From NCBI RefSeq assembly GCF_009914755.1, contig NC_060928.1: DNA of 64,000 nucleotides; one strand, 5' to 3'. Source of the DNA: the human T2T-CHM13v2.0 reference genome, Homo sapiens. Under the pieces are notes generated by a model, which worked only from the letters and a program-made list of their open reading frames with translations, searched no databases and was not told the DNA's origin. Position numbers and translations under genes: made by a program. Below are positions 13,689 through 28,094 of this stretch, piece by piece (position 1 is the stretch's first letter; every line of letters begins with the position of its first letter).

Positions 13689-14661
13689 CTGAATTTTTAA
13701 AAAATAAGAATATATATATGATGATAAAATGACTCAAAAGTGAGGCTAGTGAGGCTAGCCAAATATGAAATGCAAATATAATATAAATATTTTTATACCA
13801 AGAGAGGCATATTCTTTACTTGAAATGCCATTTTAAAGACATGGCTGGTTTGGAATCAGAATTTTCTAGTTAGAAGCATTCATAGCAATTATCCGGTGAA
13901 ACTCCTTTATTTTATTAATGGGGAAACCAAGGCCTAGACTGGTTAAGTAAGTTGGTTCATCCTTACCATATGCTACAACCAAAACAATAGCTACTACAAA
14001 GAAAAGAAAAAAATCAAGCCAGAGCTCTGCTGGCTGCCAGATAGGAGGCTGCCAGCTCGGCGTCAACTCAGCATGATAGTCCTGCTCTGCTAAAGTAGAG
14101 AAAACCTGTTTAATCTAACAGGGAAGGGTTGTCCTATTCTTGATGAAAAGAATATGCCTCAATATGTGCCCCAGCAGCCATTACTTGATGTAAGAACCTC
14201 TAATCCTAGAGGATATGACAGAGAGATATCGAAAAGCACAAAGCCATCCCTTGGTATTGACAGAGAGAATATGTGAATTCCATCTTGCTTAAAAGTTCTT
14301 GAAGAATGACAATGGATTTCTTGAAGCAAGACAGCATGAATCTTTCACTGTTTAGCCATTCTGCAAAATTATACACACTGTTCTTCTTTTAAACAGTGAT
14401 GGTGAAGCACTACTGGGTACCTTATTGGAAGAAAGAGCCATTTTTAGGAAAATCAATGTGATGCAGACAGTGGATGTTTCACAGGTTGTCAAAAGAATAA
14501 GAACAATAGCTAACATTTATTGGGCACTAGTGGGTCTCATTGCCTTTAATCTTTACAATACTCCTGTGAGTTAGGTAGTTGCTATTTTTTTCCATTTTAT
14601 AGTAAGCTTGAAAGTTATACAGTCAGATCAGTCAGGTCTTTCTGACTGAATTCAGCAGATC

Positions 14662-14916
14662 TTTTTTTTTTTTTTTGAGACAGGGTCTCATTCTGTCACC
14701 CAGGCAGTGGTCACTTGCTTACTGCAGCCTCCACCTTGGCTCAAGAAATCCTTGGCTCACTGCAGCCTCCACCTTCAAGGCTCAAGAAATCCTCCCACCT
14801 CAGCCTCCCAAGTAGCTGGGACTACAGGCACACACCCCCATGCCAAGCTAATTTTTTTTTTGTAGAGACAGAGTTCCACCATGTTGCCCAGGCTGGTCTT
14901 GAACTCCTGGGCTCAA
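14662..14916 (-). mobile_element. AluJ with internal tandem duplication
   Basis: polyT-gagacagggtctc...; ctgcagcctccacctt..gctcaagaaatcct occurs twice. Confidence 0.88.
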
Positions 14917-15374
14917 TTCATGCTATACTACATGTGTGGAGTGTGCGTTATGTTGCACTATTGCTCTGAGTTCAATATGGATATTGTAGGAGGAATATAA
15001 GCAGAAACAATATCAAGCATAGTCTGCTCTTAAATTACAGAATTAATCATAGCTTTGAAAAAAAACAGATGCATAGGAGTGGTGACAGCATGTCTAACAT
15101 TGCCTTCAAAATTGTTACATGTGAGTTTTTTTGAAAAAGTCATTGACTTCTGCCTATTGAATTTCCTTTCTGTTCTGTAATTGATGAAATAGAAAAGAAA
15201 CTCAATGTAAGTCAAACCTTATCTGACTAAATTTTAAGAAAAAATTCCTTCAAATATACAATTTCTAAGGCCAATAACAGAATGCCAATATACATTATTA
15301 TTCTTGAAAGCCATGGCATTATACTTGATATGGACAGAGTAGGCAGCACTTACAGTTTTTTTTTTTTAAGTTTC

Positions 15375-15659
<285 letters not shown>

Positions 15660-16232
15660 TCAAACTGAATGAGAGAGTCCATTATAGGGGTTTAGAGTAA
15701 ATACAGAGTACACATTTTAAATTTCTATGTGTTTTATATGTTAAGTCATCTACAGAGCCAAACTATTTTAATCAATTTAAATAGTCAAATAGCAAATCAA
15801 TATACTTTCTTGAAGGACTTATAGTTTGTACTACAGATGTTGATAAGACCAAATCACAACATAGAATTGGAAATATGACCATGCAGCTTGACTGCAGAGA
15901 TTCCCAGTGACTGTCTCTATCATTGGGCTATCTGCAGGCAGATAGAGAGAGTCCAAAGCACAGTTCAGTGACAGGTCTCCTCCTGCCACAAGGAAGCTCC
16001 AAAACATTAATAGTAAGCTCCCAGAGAGAGATTCTGAAGTGTGGAGAGGGATTTTTGAGATTGCATCTGAGCTTGGCCATTTTAAATGCCATGGTTCATT
16101 ATTAATGTCTATGATTTGCACAGCAGATGAAGTGTGACACATCGCTAAGTATTTACCATTTGTGGCTATATTTTTGTAAGAGAAAATGGGAAATTACGGC
16201 CAAAAGCTACCTAGCTTTTGGGTCTGGGTACT

Positions 16233-16327
16233 GGGTCTCATTCTGTTACCCAGGCAGTGGTGAGATCTTGGCTCACTGCAGCCTCCACCTTCCAGGCTCA
16301 AGAAATCCTCCCACCTCAGCCTCCCAA
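16233..16327 (-). repeat. 95-bp Alu fragment sharing private variants with the AluJ at 14683-14811
   Basis: Shares the deletion cccagg[ctggagtg]cagtgg and the variant ctcaagaaatcctcc. Confidence 0.75.
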
Positions 16328-16368
16328 CTGAGGAACACAATGTTTCTCAGGCTCCTGAAGATCCTGGC

Positions 16369-16729
16369 TGATATGGTTTGGCTGTGTTCCCACCCAAATC
16401 TCATCTTGAATTGTAGTTCCCATAATCTCCACGTGTAATGGGAGGGATCTGGTGGGAGGTAATTGAAACATGGGGGGCAGTTACCCTCTTGATAGTGAGT
16501 TCTCACGAGGTCTGATGGTTTTATAAGGGGCTTTTCCCCCTTTTGCTCAGTACTTCTCCTTGCTGCTGCCATGTGAAGAAGGACATGTTTGCTTCCCCTT
16601 CCGCCATGATTGTAGGTTTCCTGAGGCCTCCCCATCCCTGCAGAACTGTGAATCAATTAAACTTCTTTCCTTTATAAATTACCCACTCTCAGGTATGTGC
16701 TTATAGCAGCATGAGAATGGACTAATACA
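16369..16729 (+). mobile_element. THE1 (B/C-like) solo LTR, TSD CTGGC
   Basis: tgatatggtttggctgtg...ggactaataca; CTGGC at 16364-16368 and 16730-16734. Confidence 0.93.
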
Positions 16730-16738
16730 CTGGCTTAC

Positions 16739-17010
16739 TTTTATTGCCCATGTGGCCCCAGCCTGTGATATAGCAGTACGTGTCAGGCTCTAGCCACTGC
16801 TCCGGGTTGGGCAAGCAGACAGGCCGGACGTAGCCAGTCTCACTGATGTCTTCACTCAGCTCAACGATGCTGATGTCATAGTCCACCACTGCTCGACTGT
16901 AGCGGGGATGCAGGATGATGGTCTTCACAAAGCGTGTCTGCATGAACACTGATGGATGGTCTAGATTGTTGATGCCAAGCACCACTTTCCAAACTGCAGC
17001 ATTCTCTCTC
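16739..17010 (-). CDS. CORIN: CORIN exon 20 (catalytic Asp, DYDISIVEL)
   Basis: ttttag|G AGA GAG ... AAT AAA A|gtaagc; RENAAVWKVVLG...PVCLP...TGWGHMGNK; 272 nt. Confidence 0.97.
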
Positions 17011-17459
17011 CTAAAATTATAATTCAAGAGCTATTGGCATCTTAAACTCTAGTTTATCATGTGAAATTCACATGTAATTTTAAAACATTTTATTTATGTA
17101 AATAATGGCCATTTTCATGCCCACCTCTCAATGTATTCATATAAGTGGCATTTATATAATAGCCTGAGTGATTAGCAAGTAAGTATTATTGTTGCAGAAA
17201 GCATAGCTCATGATTCCTGAATGGGGCTAGTCTTTAACATAAAACTTCTTCAGTTTTAAAGGCAGGCAGAGTTAGTTACTTGCTTCACAGAATGAGCAAG
17301 ATAATGAAAAGCTATGAAGAAGAGAGAGGAGCAAGAGGAAAAGTGAAAAAGAAGAGGAAGCCAAGACTAAGAGATTCCTCCAAGAAAGAGCAAGTGACTT
17401 GAAGAAATGCCAGGGGAACCTCCTACAGATTTCCAGCTCAGGGCTTAAAAAGGTCACCC

Positions 17460-18735
17460 ACAACCTCCAATGGTCATTCCCATACTCCACTGTTTTTGAA
17501 TACTTGTCAACAATATTTTAGTCGATTCCCACCTTAAAACACTTTCTTCACTTGGCTTCCAGGTCTTGCCATGCTCCAAAATTTCTTCCAATCTCATGGA
17601 CCTTTCCCTCTCAGTCTTTTCTTCTGGGTTCTCCTCTTTGGCTCTCAGTCTCCATGTTGAAATGCTCTGGAATTTCACTCTCAGCTGTCTATTCTCACTC
17701 CATACTCCCTTGATTTCATCTAGTCCAATGGTTTTAAATCCCACCATACGCTGGTGACCCCAAATGTATATCTCCAGCTCTGTCCTTTCCCTGAGCTGCA
17801 GACTTAATGTTCAATGGTCTATTTAACACTCTCAGTTGGATGTTTCAGCCAACATTTATTGAGGGCTTACCATGTATGCCACAGTATTTAAGCATTCAGG
17901 ATTCAGTTTACAGGAACTTAATACTATAATCAACCCAGGTGAATCTTCTCTTTTTCTTACACCCAACACTGAATGCATCAGCAAGTCTTTGCCAATCCTG
18001 CTTTCAAATATATCCCACATCTTACTGTTTCTCCCTCCTCCATGGCTATAATCCTAATCTAAGCTACTCTCAACTACATGGACCATGCAATGGCCTCCCA
18101 AATCATGGTCCTTCTTCTAATCTTAGTCCCTGTAGTCCATTTTCCTTACTATCAGGATATATATTGACTATATCCTCTATATTAGTCAGAGCAATATTTA
18201 AAAAAAATTAGATCAATCCATCTTCTGCTCACTATTCTCCAAAAGCTTTGTATCACACTTGAGACAAATCCTAGACTCCCCTGGCCTCTGAGGCCCTACA
18301 CCATATGTTCATTCTCAACCCAAGGACTTTCTTGCTAATTTTGAACATGCCAAAAGCATCCTCAACTCAGGAGCTATTTCCCCTGATGTTCCCCCAGCTC
18401 TCACATGGGTCCTACCATTACTCCTTCTCTTCATCCAGGTCTCAACTCAAGCATCATCTGCTCAGAGCTGTTTCCCCAGCCAACCTGTCTCACCCTTACT
18501 CTGCCCCCTTCACTCTACTTGACACTGCTTTACTTTTCTTCTCATACTATCCATTGATATCAATGACATTGATATAACCATTTGTCTATTCTCTGTCTTG
18601 GCCCCTAGAATATAGTTATCTCTGTGAAGGCAGGGATTTGGCTGGTCTTTTTCACTGCTTTATTCACAGGGCTTGGTACCTGGCCTACAGTAGGTCCTCA
18701 ACAAGTACCTATTTAATGATGGCTCAATGAATGTT
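17460..18735 (+). mobile_element. L2 (3' part)
   Basis: cccaaatgtatatctccagc...gaaggcagggatttg...cctggcctacagtaggtcctcaa...atgaatg. Confidence 0.75.
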
Positions 18736-18994
18736 TTTGACTCTAACCACAAAGTCAAGGTCTGTTCTTCATCACTCCCTCCATCCCTTCCTTCACTCCC
18801 AGTCTCTCCTCCACCAGAGTGGTCAGGATCAAAAATGTGGACATTTATTGGACCACATTGTTGGGGCAAGGGTAGAGCTTTAATTGTGGGCATTTCCTTA
18901 TACTCTGGTAATGTGAGTCAGCCACACTACCACTGTTCCTGCTTGGGAGCTTGTGATCAAATCAACTAAAGTAGGTTGATTTGACCAGCTAGAC

Positions 18995-19130
18995 CAATTG
19001 TTTTTCAACCCAGGCTGAACACTGAATCCTCTGGGAGCCTTTAAAATAGTGATTCTCTGGGCGTCACTTCTAAACAGAAGCTCATGGACTGGGGCCTGGG
19101 AGTCTGTATTTTTAAGAGCTCTCTAGGGAA
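18995..19130. mobile_element. MER5-like DNA transposon fragment
   Basis: ttttcaacccaggctg...gaatcctctgggagcctttaaaa...ggggcctgggagtctgtatttttaa. Confidence 0.55.
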
Positions 19131-19535
19131 TCTTAGGCAAAACCCCACCCACAACCCTTCTTTTCTTGGCACGCCTTTCTTTACCATCAGCATGCCAAAG
19201 ATTCGAAAGGCTGAGATTTCAAGGGAGTTAGGAAGGAGGAGCCAAGGTAGGCACTCACTTGGTTTTTAGTATTGTTGGATACTTGGGGCAGACTCTACTA
19301 ACAGACCCCCTCTATATAGTCATGCATGTTGTCCTTTTTCCATTAAACAAATAGTAATTTCAGGGATATCAGAGGAACGGACATCATTCAGTGAATAGAG
19401 AGATAGAGATATATAGCAATTTTCTCTATGCCAAGCATTGTGTTAGGGATTACAAGAATAAGCAAGAAAAGCATGATTCCCTGCCTATACAAACATTGTA
19501 ATTGAGTGAAGGTAGACAATTAAATAAACAATTAG

Positions 19536-19897
<362 letters not shown>

Positions 19898-19941
19898 GAA
19901 GAATTATTTTTCATTACATAAAGCCGTCACTAGAAGAACAT

Positions 19942-20137
19942 GCTTTTCTTATCCTTCCTTCCTTCCTACCTTCTTTCCCTCCTTCCTTTCTTCCCTCCTT
20001 CCTTCCTTCCTTTCTCTTTCCTTTTTTCCTTCTTTCTTTTACTTCTTTCTTCCTTTCCTTTTTTCCTTCTTTTCCTTATTTCTTCCTTCTCTTCCTCCCT
20101 TCTCTCCTTTCTTCTTTCTCTCGTTCCTTCCTTTTTC
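19942..20137. repeat. (TTCC/TTTC)n pyrimidine-rich low-complexity tract
   Basis: ~195 nt almost entirely C/T. Confidence 0.9.
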
Positions 20138-20517
20138 ACTAAACAGTAATAAGTGCATTACCATCTGAGAAGTTCAATATGTATTTGTGATTCTATTGTT
20201 TCAGACACCTGAAATCAAGCAATAATTTATTTCAAATTTCTGACTACTTAATAGCTTCTTGCCCTTGAATAGCGTTACTAAGTTTTGGCTGTGAAAAACA
20301 TTCATCCACATGCTTAAATCATAAGCAGTATTTTGAATAATCGAACATTCCAAATTATTTGTAACAAAATTGAATAACATCAAAATTCTGGACTTAATTA
20401 CTGTATTGAGATTAATGTAATTCTAATTATAAAAAATTAGTGTCAATAAAACTGCTGAACATTAATTTGTACCCAGTAGTCTCTTGTTACATAAGCTACT
20501 GGCCTTATGGTATAGAC

Positions 20518-20891
<374 letters not shown>

Positions 20892-21134
20892 TCAACCCGG
20901 GTATGGCAGAAACCAAAAACAGAACAAGAAAAAACCCAACCTGTTGTTTGAAAGAGTCTCCTGGGGTGAAGGACATGTACATACATGGTGATTGTTACAT
21001 CAAGCAAGTGCTAAAAAGAAGGAGTCAGGAGTAATGGCAAAGACAGCCCTGTGTCTGGGTAGAAGCAAAAAGAAGGAGGACAATTTCAGGCTACATGAAT
21101 GCCACATGAGTTTAGTATCAGTTCTAAAGTACGA

Positions 21135-21304
21135 ATTAACCGGATGTGGTGGCGTGCACCTATAGTCCCAGCTACTCAGGAGGCTGAGGCAGGAGAATCA
21201 CTTAAACCCTAGAGGTGGAGGTTGCAGTGAGCCAAGATCATGCCACTGCACTCCAGCCTGGGCTACAGGGCTAGACTCCATCTCAAAAAAAAGAAAAAGA
21301 AAAA
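21135..21304 (+). mobile_element. Alu right arm
   Basis: attaaccggatgtggtggcg...ctccatctc + A-tail. Confidence 0.88.
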
Positions 21305-21375
21305 GTACCATTGGAGAAACACATGGAAACAGACTCTGATCATATGACTATTTTAGTAAAAACCATTAAATTATG

Positions 21376-21670
21376 GCCAGGTGCGGTGGTTCACACCTGT
21401 AATAACAGCACTTTGGGAGGCTGAGGCAGGCGACTCACCTGAGGTCAGGAGTTCAAGGCCAGCCTGGCCAGCATGGCAAAACCCCGTTTCTACAAAAAAT
21501 ACAAAAATTAGCTAGGTGTGATGGCAGGCACCTGTAACCCCAGCTACTCAGGAGGCTGAGGCATAAGAATCGCTTGAACCTGGGAGCTGGAGGCTGCAGT
21601 GAGCTGAGATCGGCCATTGCACTCCAGCCTGGGTGACAAGAGCAAAACTCCATCGCCAAAGAAAAAAAAA
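21376..21670 (+). mobile_element. AluS
   Basis: Full dimer. Confidence 0.93.
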
Positions 21671-22524
21671 GAGCTAAATTAGGCTACCAAGAAAAGAAAG
21701 CCAAGTATAGCAGCTGAAAATCTTCAGTTTAAAGGGAATTACTTGCCATTTGGCTGTCAAGCCTCAAAGCAGCAGCAAGGAGAGCTGGCACATCTGAAGT
21801 GCAAAGAACTTCAGACTGTGAGAGGAAGGAAGCAGGCCAAGGTGAAGCCAGGTGAGAATCCACCAATCCCAGGGAAAACAACTGAGGAAGATGTTAAAAC
21901 ACCTTATTCTTCTTTGTCCTCACTGTGGTTAGTATTTTATTCCTTGAAATCACATTTAGAGTCTAATTTGCTTCACGTTTACACTATTGTTTTAATAATA
22001 AATGTACTTCATAGACAATATTGAGCTTGTATGATTTCAACTTACAATTCTTCAATTATTAACTCTAGAGAAAAACAAAAACTCAGCCACTTACATATGT
22101 CAGACACACTATAGCATCCAGAGGAATTTATACAGAATTGCAGGCACAATGTCTCTGGAGGCAAAAATCAGTCTCTTTGGTTTGCAATTTGCCACACTCA
22201 GCTCTAGTTTAGACATGAAATTTTTCACTCAATTCAGCTAGTCAAATTTAAAGATTTCTATCTTTATCTTTTCTTAGGAGTGAAAAATTTCCCTTCTCTC
22301 ACCCTCTCTGACTTTGCTTAGAATATCTTATATTTAATATTTTTCCTGTTTAATAAAGTTAATATTATAATTAACAACTATGATAGAAATTTATCTATTT
22401 TACAAGACTTACTCCAGAAATAGCATAGCTAAGTGGTGATTTGGAGATCATCTGAAGGTTACCAAATCTGCACTAAATAAAGATATACCACACTATGGCA
22501 TCATTGCTGTTCTACAAATCTTAG

Positions 22525-22875
<351 letters not shown>

Positions 22876-22923
22876 ATCCTTGGTATTTTTAAAAAATTAT
22901 CTGTAACAGGCAAGGTAAACGGA

Positions 22924-25521
22924 TTTTTTTTTTCTTGAACTGTTATTTTAAGTTCCGGGATACATGTGCAGAAAGTGCAGGTTTGTTACATAGGTAAACG
23001 TGTGCCGTGGTGGTTTGCTGCACAGATCAACCCATCACCTAGGTATTAAGCCCAGCATCCATTAGCTATTCTCCGTGATGCTCTTCCTCACCCACCCCTA
23101 CCCCCAACAGGCCTCAGTGTGTGTTATCTCCCACTATGTGTCCATGTGTTCTCATCATTCAGCTCCCACTTATCAGTGAGAACATGTGGTATTTGATTTT
23201 CTGTTCCTGTGTTAGTTTGCTGAGGATAAGCCTTCCAGCTTCATCCATGTCCCTGCAAATGACATGATCTCATTCCATTTTATGGCTGCATAGGATTCCA
23301 TGGTGTATATGTACCACATTTTCTTTATCCAGTCTATCATCGATGGGCATTTGGGTTGATTCTATGTCATTGCTATTGTGAATAGTGCTGCAGTGAACAT
23401 ATGCATGCATGTATCTTCATAATAGAATGACTTATATTCCTTTGGGTATATACCCAGTAATGGGATTGCTGGGTCAAATGGTATTTTTGCTTCTAGATCT
23501 TTGAGAAATTGCCACACTATCTTCCACAATGGTTGAATTAATTTACACTCCCACCAATGGTGTAAAAGCATCCCTTTTTCTTCACAGTCTTGCCAGCATC
23601 TGTTGTTTCTTGGCTTTTTAATAATTGCCATTCTGACTGGTGTGAAATGGTATCTCATTGTGGTTTTGATTTACATTTCTGTAATGATCAGTGATGTTGA
23701 GCTTTTTCTCGTATGTTTATTGGCCACATGAATGTCTTCTTTTGAGAAGTGTCTGTTCATGTCCTTTGCCCACTTTTTAATGGGGTTTTTTTTTTCTTGT
23801 AAATTTAAGTTCCTTATAGACTCTAGATACTAAACCTTTGTCAGATAAATAAATTGCAATTATTTTTCTCATTCTGTAGGTTGTCTATTCAATATGATGA
23901 TAGCTTCTTTTGCTGTGCAGAAACTGTTTAATTAGATCCCATTTGTCAACTTTTCCTTTCGTTGCAATTGCTTTCAATATTTTTGTCATGTAATCTTTCC
24001 CTGTGCCTATGTCCTGAATGGTATTCCCTAGGTTTTCTTCTAGGGTTTTTGTAGTTTCGGGTTTTACATCTAAGTCTTTAATCCATCTTGAGTTAATTTT
24101 TGTATAAGGTGTAAGGAAGGGGTCCAGTTTCAAATTTCTGCATATGGCTAGCCAGTTCTCCCAGCACCATTTATTAAATAGGAAATCTTTTCCCCATTGC
24201 TTGTTTTTGTCATGTTTGTTGAAGATCAGATGGTTGTAGGTGTGTGGCCTTATTTCTGGGTTCTCTATTCTGTTCCATTGGTCTATGTGTCTGTTCTTGT
24301 ACAGTAGTACCATGCAGTTTTTGGTTACTGTAGTCTTGTAGTATAGTTTGAAGTTGGGTAGGGTGATGCCTCTAGCTTTGTTCTTTTTGCTTAGGATTGT
24401 CTTGGCTATATGGGCTCTTTTTTGGTTTCATATGAATTTTAAAATAGTTTTTTCTAATTCTGTGAAGAATGTCAATGGCAGTTTAATGGAAATAGCATTG
24501 AATCTATAAATTACTTTGAGCAGTATGGCCATTTTCACAATATTGATTCTTCCTATCCATGAGCATGGAATTTTTTTCCATTTGTTTGTGTCCTCTCTGA
24601 TTTCCTTAAACAGCGGTTTGTAGTTCTCCTTGAAGAGGTCTTCACTTCTCTTGTTAGCTGTATTCTTAGGTATTTTATTCTGTTTGTAGCAATTGTGAAT
24701 GGGAGTTCATTCATGATTTGGCTCTGTGCTTGCCTGTTGTGGTGTATAAAAATGCTAGCAATTTTTGCACATTGATTTTGTATCCTGAGACTTTGCTAAA
24801 GTTGCTTATCAGTTTAAGAAGCTTTTGGGTCAAGACAATGGGGTTTTCTAGATATAGGATCATGTCATCTGCAAACAAAGATAATTTGATTTCCTCTCTT
24901 CCTATTTGAATATCCTTTCTTTCTTTCTCTTGGCTGATTGCCCTGGACAAAACTTCCAATATTGTGTTGAATAGGAGTGGTAAGAGAGGGCATCCTTGTC
25001 TTGTGCTGGTTTCCAAGGGGAATGCTTCCAGTTTTTGCCTATGCTGCATGATATTGGCTGTGAGTTTGTCATAAGTGGCTGTTATTATTTAAGGGATGTT
25101 CCTTCAATACCTAGTTTATTGAGAGTTTTTTAATATGAAGGGATGTTGAATTTTATCAAAGGCCTTTTGTGTGTCTATTGAGATAATCATGTGGTTTTCG
25201 CCTAGTTCTTTTTGTATTGAACCAGCATTGCATCCTAGGGATGAAGCTGACTTGATCGTGGTAGAAAAGCTTTTTGATGTGCTGCTGGATTTGGTTTGCC
25301 AGTATTTTATTGAGGATTTCAACATCAATGTTTATCAGGGATATTGGCCTGAAGTTTTATTCTTTTGTTGTGTTTCTGCCACGTTTTGGTATCAGGATGA
25401 TGCTAGCCTCATAAAATGAGTGAGAGAGGAGCACCTCCTTTTCAATTTTTTGGAATAGTTTTGGTAGATATGGTACCAGCTCCTCTTTGTACCTTTGGTA
25501 GATTTCAGCTATAAATCTGGT
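22924..25521 (-). mobile_element. L1PA (about PA10-13 age), 5'-truncated, degenerate ORF2 RT/C-terminal fragments
   Basis: ORF fragments [41 protein letters not shown]; polyT at 22924. Confidence 0.95.
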
Positions 25522-26507
25522 GAATAGACTTTAGAATAGAGACTTCAAAGTAAATATATGAAGTGGCTGGGGTAAATTCAGTAAGTACAGACTGTGTCAC
25601 ATCACAAGCCCTGCCCATCCTGAGGGCCATTCGCCTCTCAGCTCCAGAAAATTGTTGTCATGTTGGAATGCTCAGTGGAATCTGACCTTCCAATTGTCTA
25701 AGGAAAGCCAAAGTTCTGGATTTTATGCAAAGTATCTGTGGTTTTAAATGCTACCTAAAAATTTAAAAATGGATACAACAAGCAAACTAGATTGGCAGCC
25801 TGGATGTCTCATTAGTATACAATCTCAATAGTTTTCCAAGTGTTTCTACACACTTTATTCCAAATGATCCTCACACCGACTGTGAGATGTAAACAGGGAT
25901 TCATTGTTCCATTTTAGAGAAGAGAAATCAGTGACTCAGAGGAGATGAGCAACTCATCTAAAGTCACAGAGACAGCAAGTGATGGTAACAGACTAACTTG
26001 CTGGTCCTTTGAACCTGCTACACCACATCCTTACAACTAAACTTCTCTGAAACAAAGACAAGGGTCCACAGGCATCAAAAAGGATTTAGGTACTGGGCAC
26101 AGGAGGGAAAGCATGTAGGATGGATGGAGACTCTTGTGAGTCATAAGGTGACAGATAGCAGGAAGATGTGTGCTCTTTCCTGAATGTATCCCTCAAATAT
26201 GATAGAAAGCTAGCCGTCAGTGATAAAATTACAGGAAATGAACAATTCTATTATGCTAGGTTCCAAAAAATGCAAGAGAAGGGTTTAGTCACATGCATAT
26301 TCTAGACCTTCAAGAATCAAGTTTCAGAATGTTTCAGGGGGAAAAAGCTATGATAATATGTCCAGAGATTCTTAAAGCAGTCATGGCTCAACAAAGTTGG
26401 GAGAGTTTAAGTGCCAAATTCTGATACTACCATCACAAATAGTTGCAGTATGCAAGAAAATGAAGAATCAGTTGAACAGTAAATGTGACTACATAAAGAT
26501 TTCAGAG

Positions 26508-26803
26508 CAGGTGAGTGCAGTGGCTTACACCTGTAATCCCAGCACTTTGGGAGGCTAAAGCGGGCAGATCACGAGGTCAGGAGTACGAGACCAGACTGGC
26601 CAACATAGTGAAACCCCATGTCTACTAAAAATGCAAAAATTAGCCGAGTGTGGTGGCACGTGCCTGTAGTCCCAGCTACTTGGGAGGCTGAGGCAGGAGA
26701 ATCACTTGAACCTAGGAGGTGGAGGTTTCAGTGAGCCGAGACCGTGCCATTGCACTCCAGCCTGAGCAACAGAGCGAGACTCTGTCTCAAAAAAAGAAAA
26801 AAA
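26508..26803 (+). mobile_element. AluS
   Basis: Full dimer. Confidence 0.93.
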
Positions 26804-26856
26804 ACTCAGAGCTTTGAAGTCTATCATAAAAGAAAGGCATGAAATCAAAGTAATTG

Positions 26857-27305
26857 CAGCATTATTCACAATAGCAAAGACTTGGAACCAACCCAAATGT
26901 CCAACAATGATAGACTGGATTAAGAAAATGTGGCACATATACACCATGGAATACTATGCAGCCATAAAAAATGATGAGTTCATGTCCTTTGTAGGGACAT
27001 GGATGAAATTGGAAATCATCATTCTCAGTAAACTATCGCAAGAACAAAAAACCAAACACCGCATGTTCTCACTCATAGGTGGGAATTGAACAATGAGATC
27101 ACATGGACACAGGAAGGGGAACATCACACTCTGGGGACTGTTGTGGGGTGGGGGGAGGGGGGAGGGATAGCATTGGGAGATATACCTAATGCTAGATGAC
27201 GAGTTAGTGGGTGCAGCGCACCAGCATGGCACATGTACACGTACGTAACTAACCTGCACAATGTGCACATGTACCCTAAAACTTAAAGTATAATAAAAAA
27301 AAAAA
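26857..27305 (+). mobile_element. Young L1 3' end (L1PA2-like) with 16-bp TSD GAAATCAAAGTAATTG
   Basis: TSD at 26841-26856 and 27306-27321; ctagatgacGAGttagtgggtgcagcgcaccagc (GAG, not the Ta-subfamily ACA). Confidence 0.93.
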
Positions 27306-27522
27306 GAAATCAAAGTAATTGTCCAAAAGTCTTACTTATTGAATGAGCAGGGCTTTGTCTAAAAAGAAACAAAGTGGGAAAAATAAAAATGGCTTCTTGG
27401 CAAAATGATGTGCAAAATAGAACAAGAAAAGAGGAAAATTGTTGTCTGTAGCAGATAATTTAAATGTTTGTAGATAAGTAAGACAAAGCAGAATGATTTG
27501 AAGCTTACTTTACCCCCAATTT

Positions 27523-27864
<342 letters not shown>

Positions 27865-28094
27865 TAATCTTCAGACAATACCCAGATGATTAATCTATGT
27901 GATGAAAACATACAGGTGCTTAATACATTGGAAATGGTGAATTGATGTGCGGTCCAAGGCATGGGAGGAGCTGGTGAGATCACTGACTCTCTGTAGAAGA
28001 GTTAACATTTCTAGTTTGAGACAAATTACAGCCCTACATACTGAAATGACTACAGACATGATTACTAAGAAACACCAAGAAGAGGCTGACTTGT

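Noticed and set aside
14628-14649. tcagtcag/ctgactga hairpin as a small RNA
   Set aside because: An 8-bp stem is expected by chance; too short for a pre-miRNA.
19940-20149. F/L/S-rich membrane peptide ORF
   Set aside because: Translation of a CT-rich simple repeat.
23362-25328. Reverse-transcriptase-like ORFs (FADD motif) as a novel retro-system
   Set aside because: Frameshifted fragments of an ordinary old L1PA ORF2.
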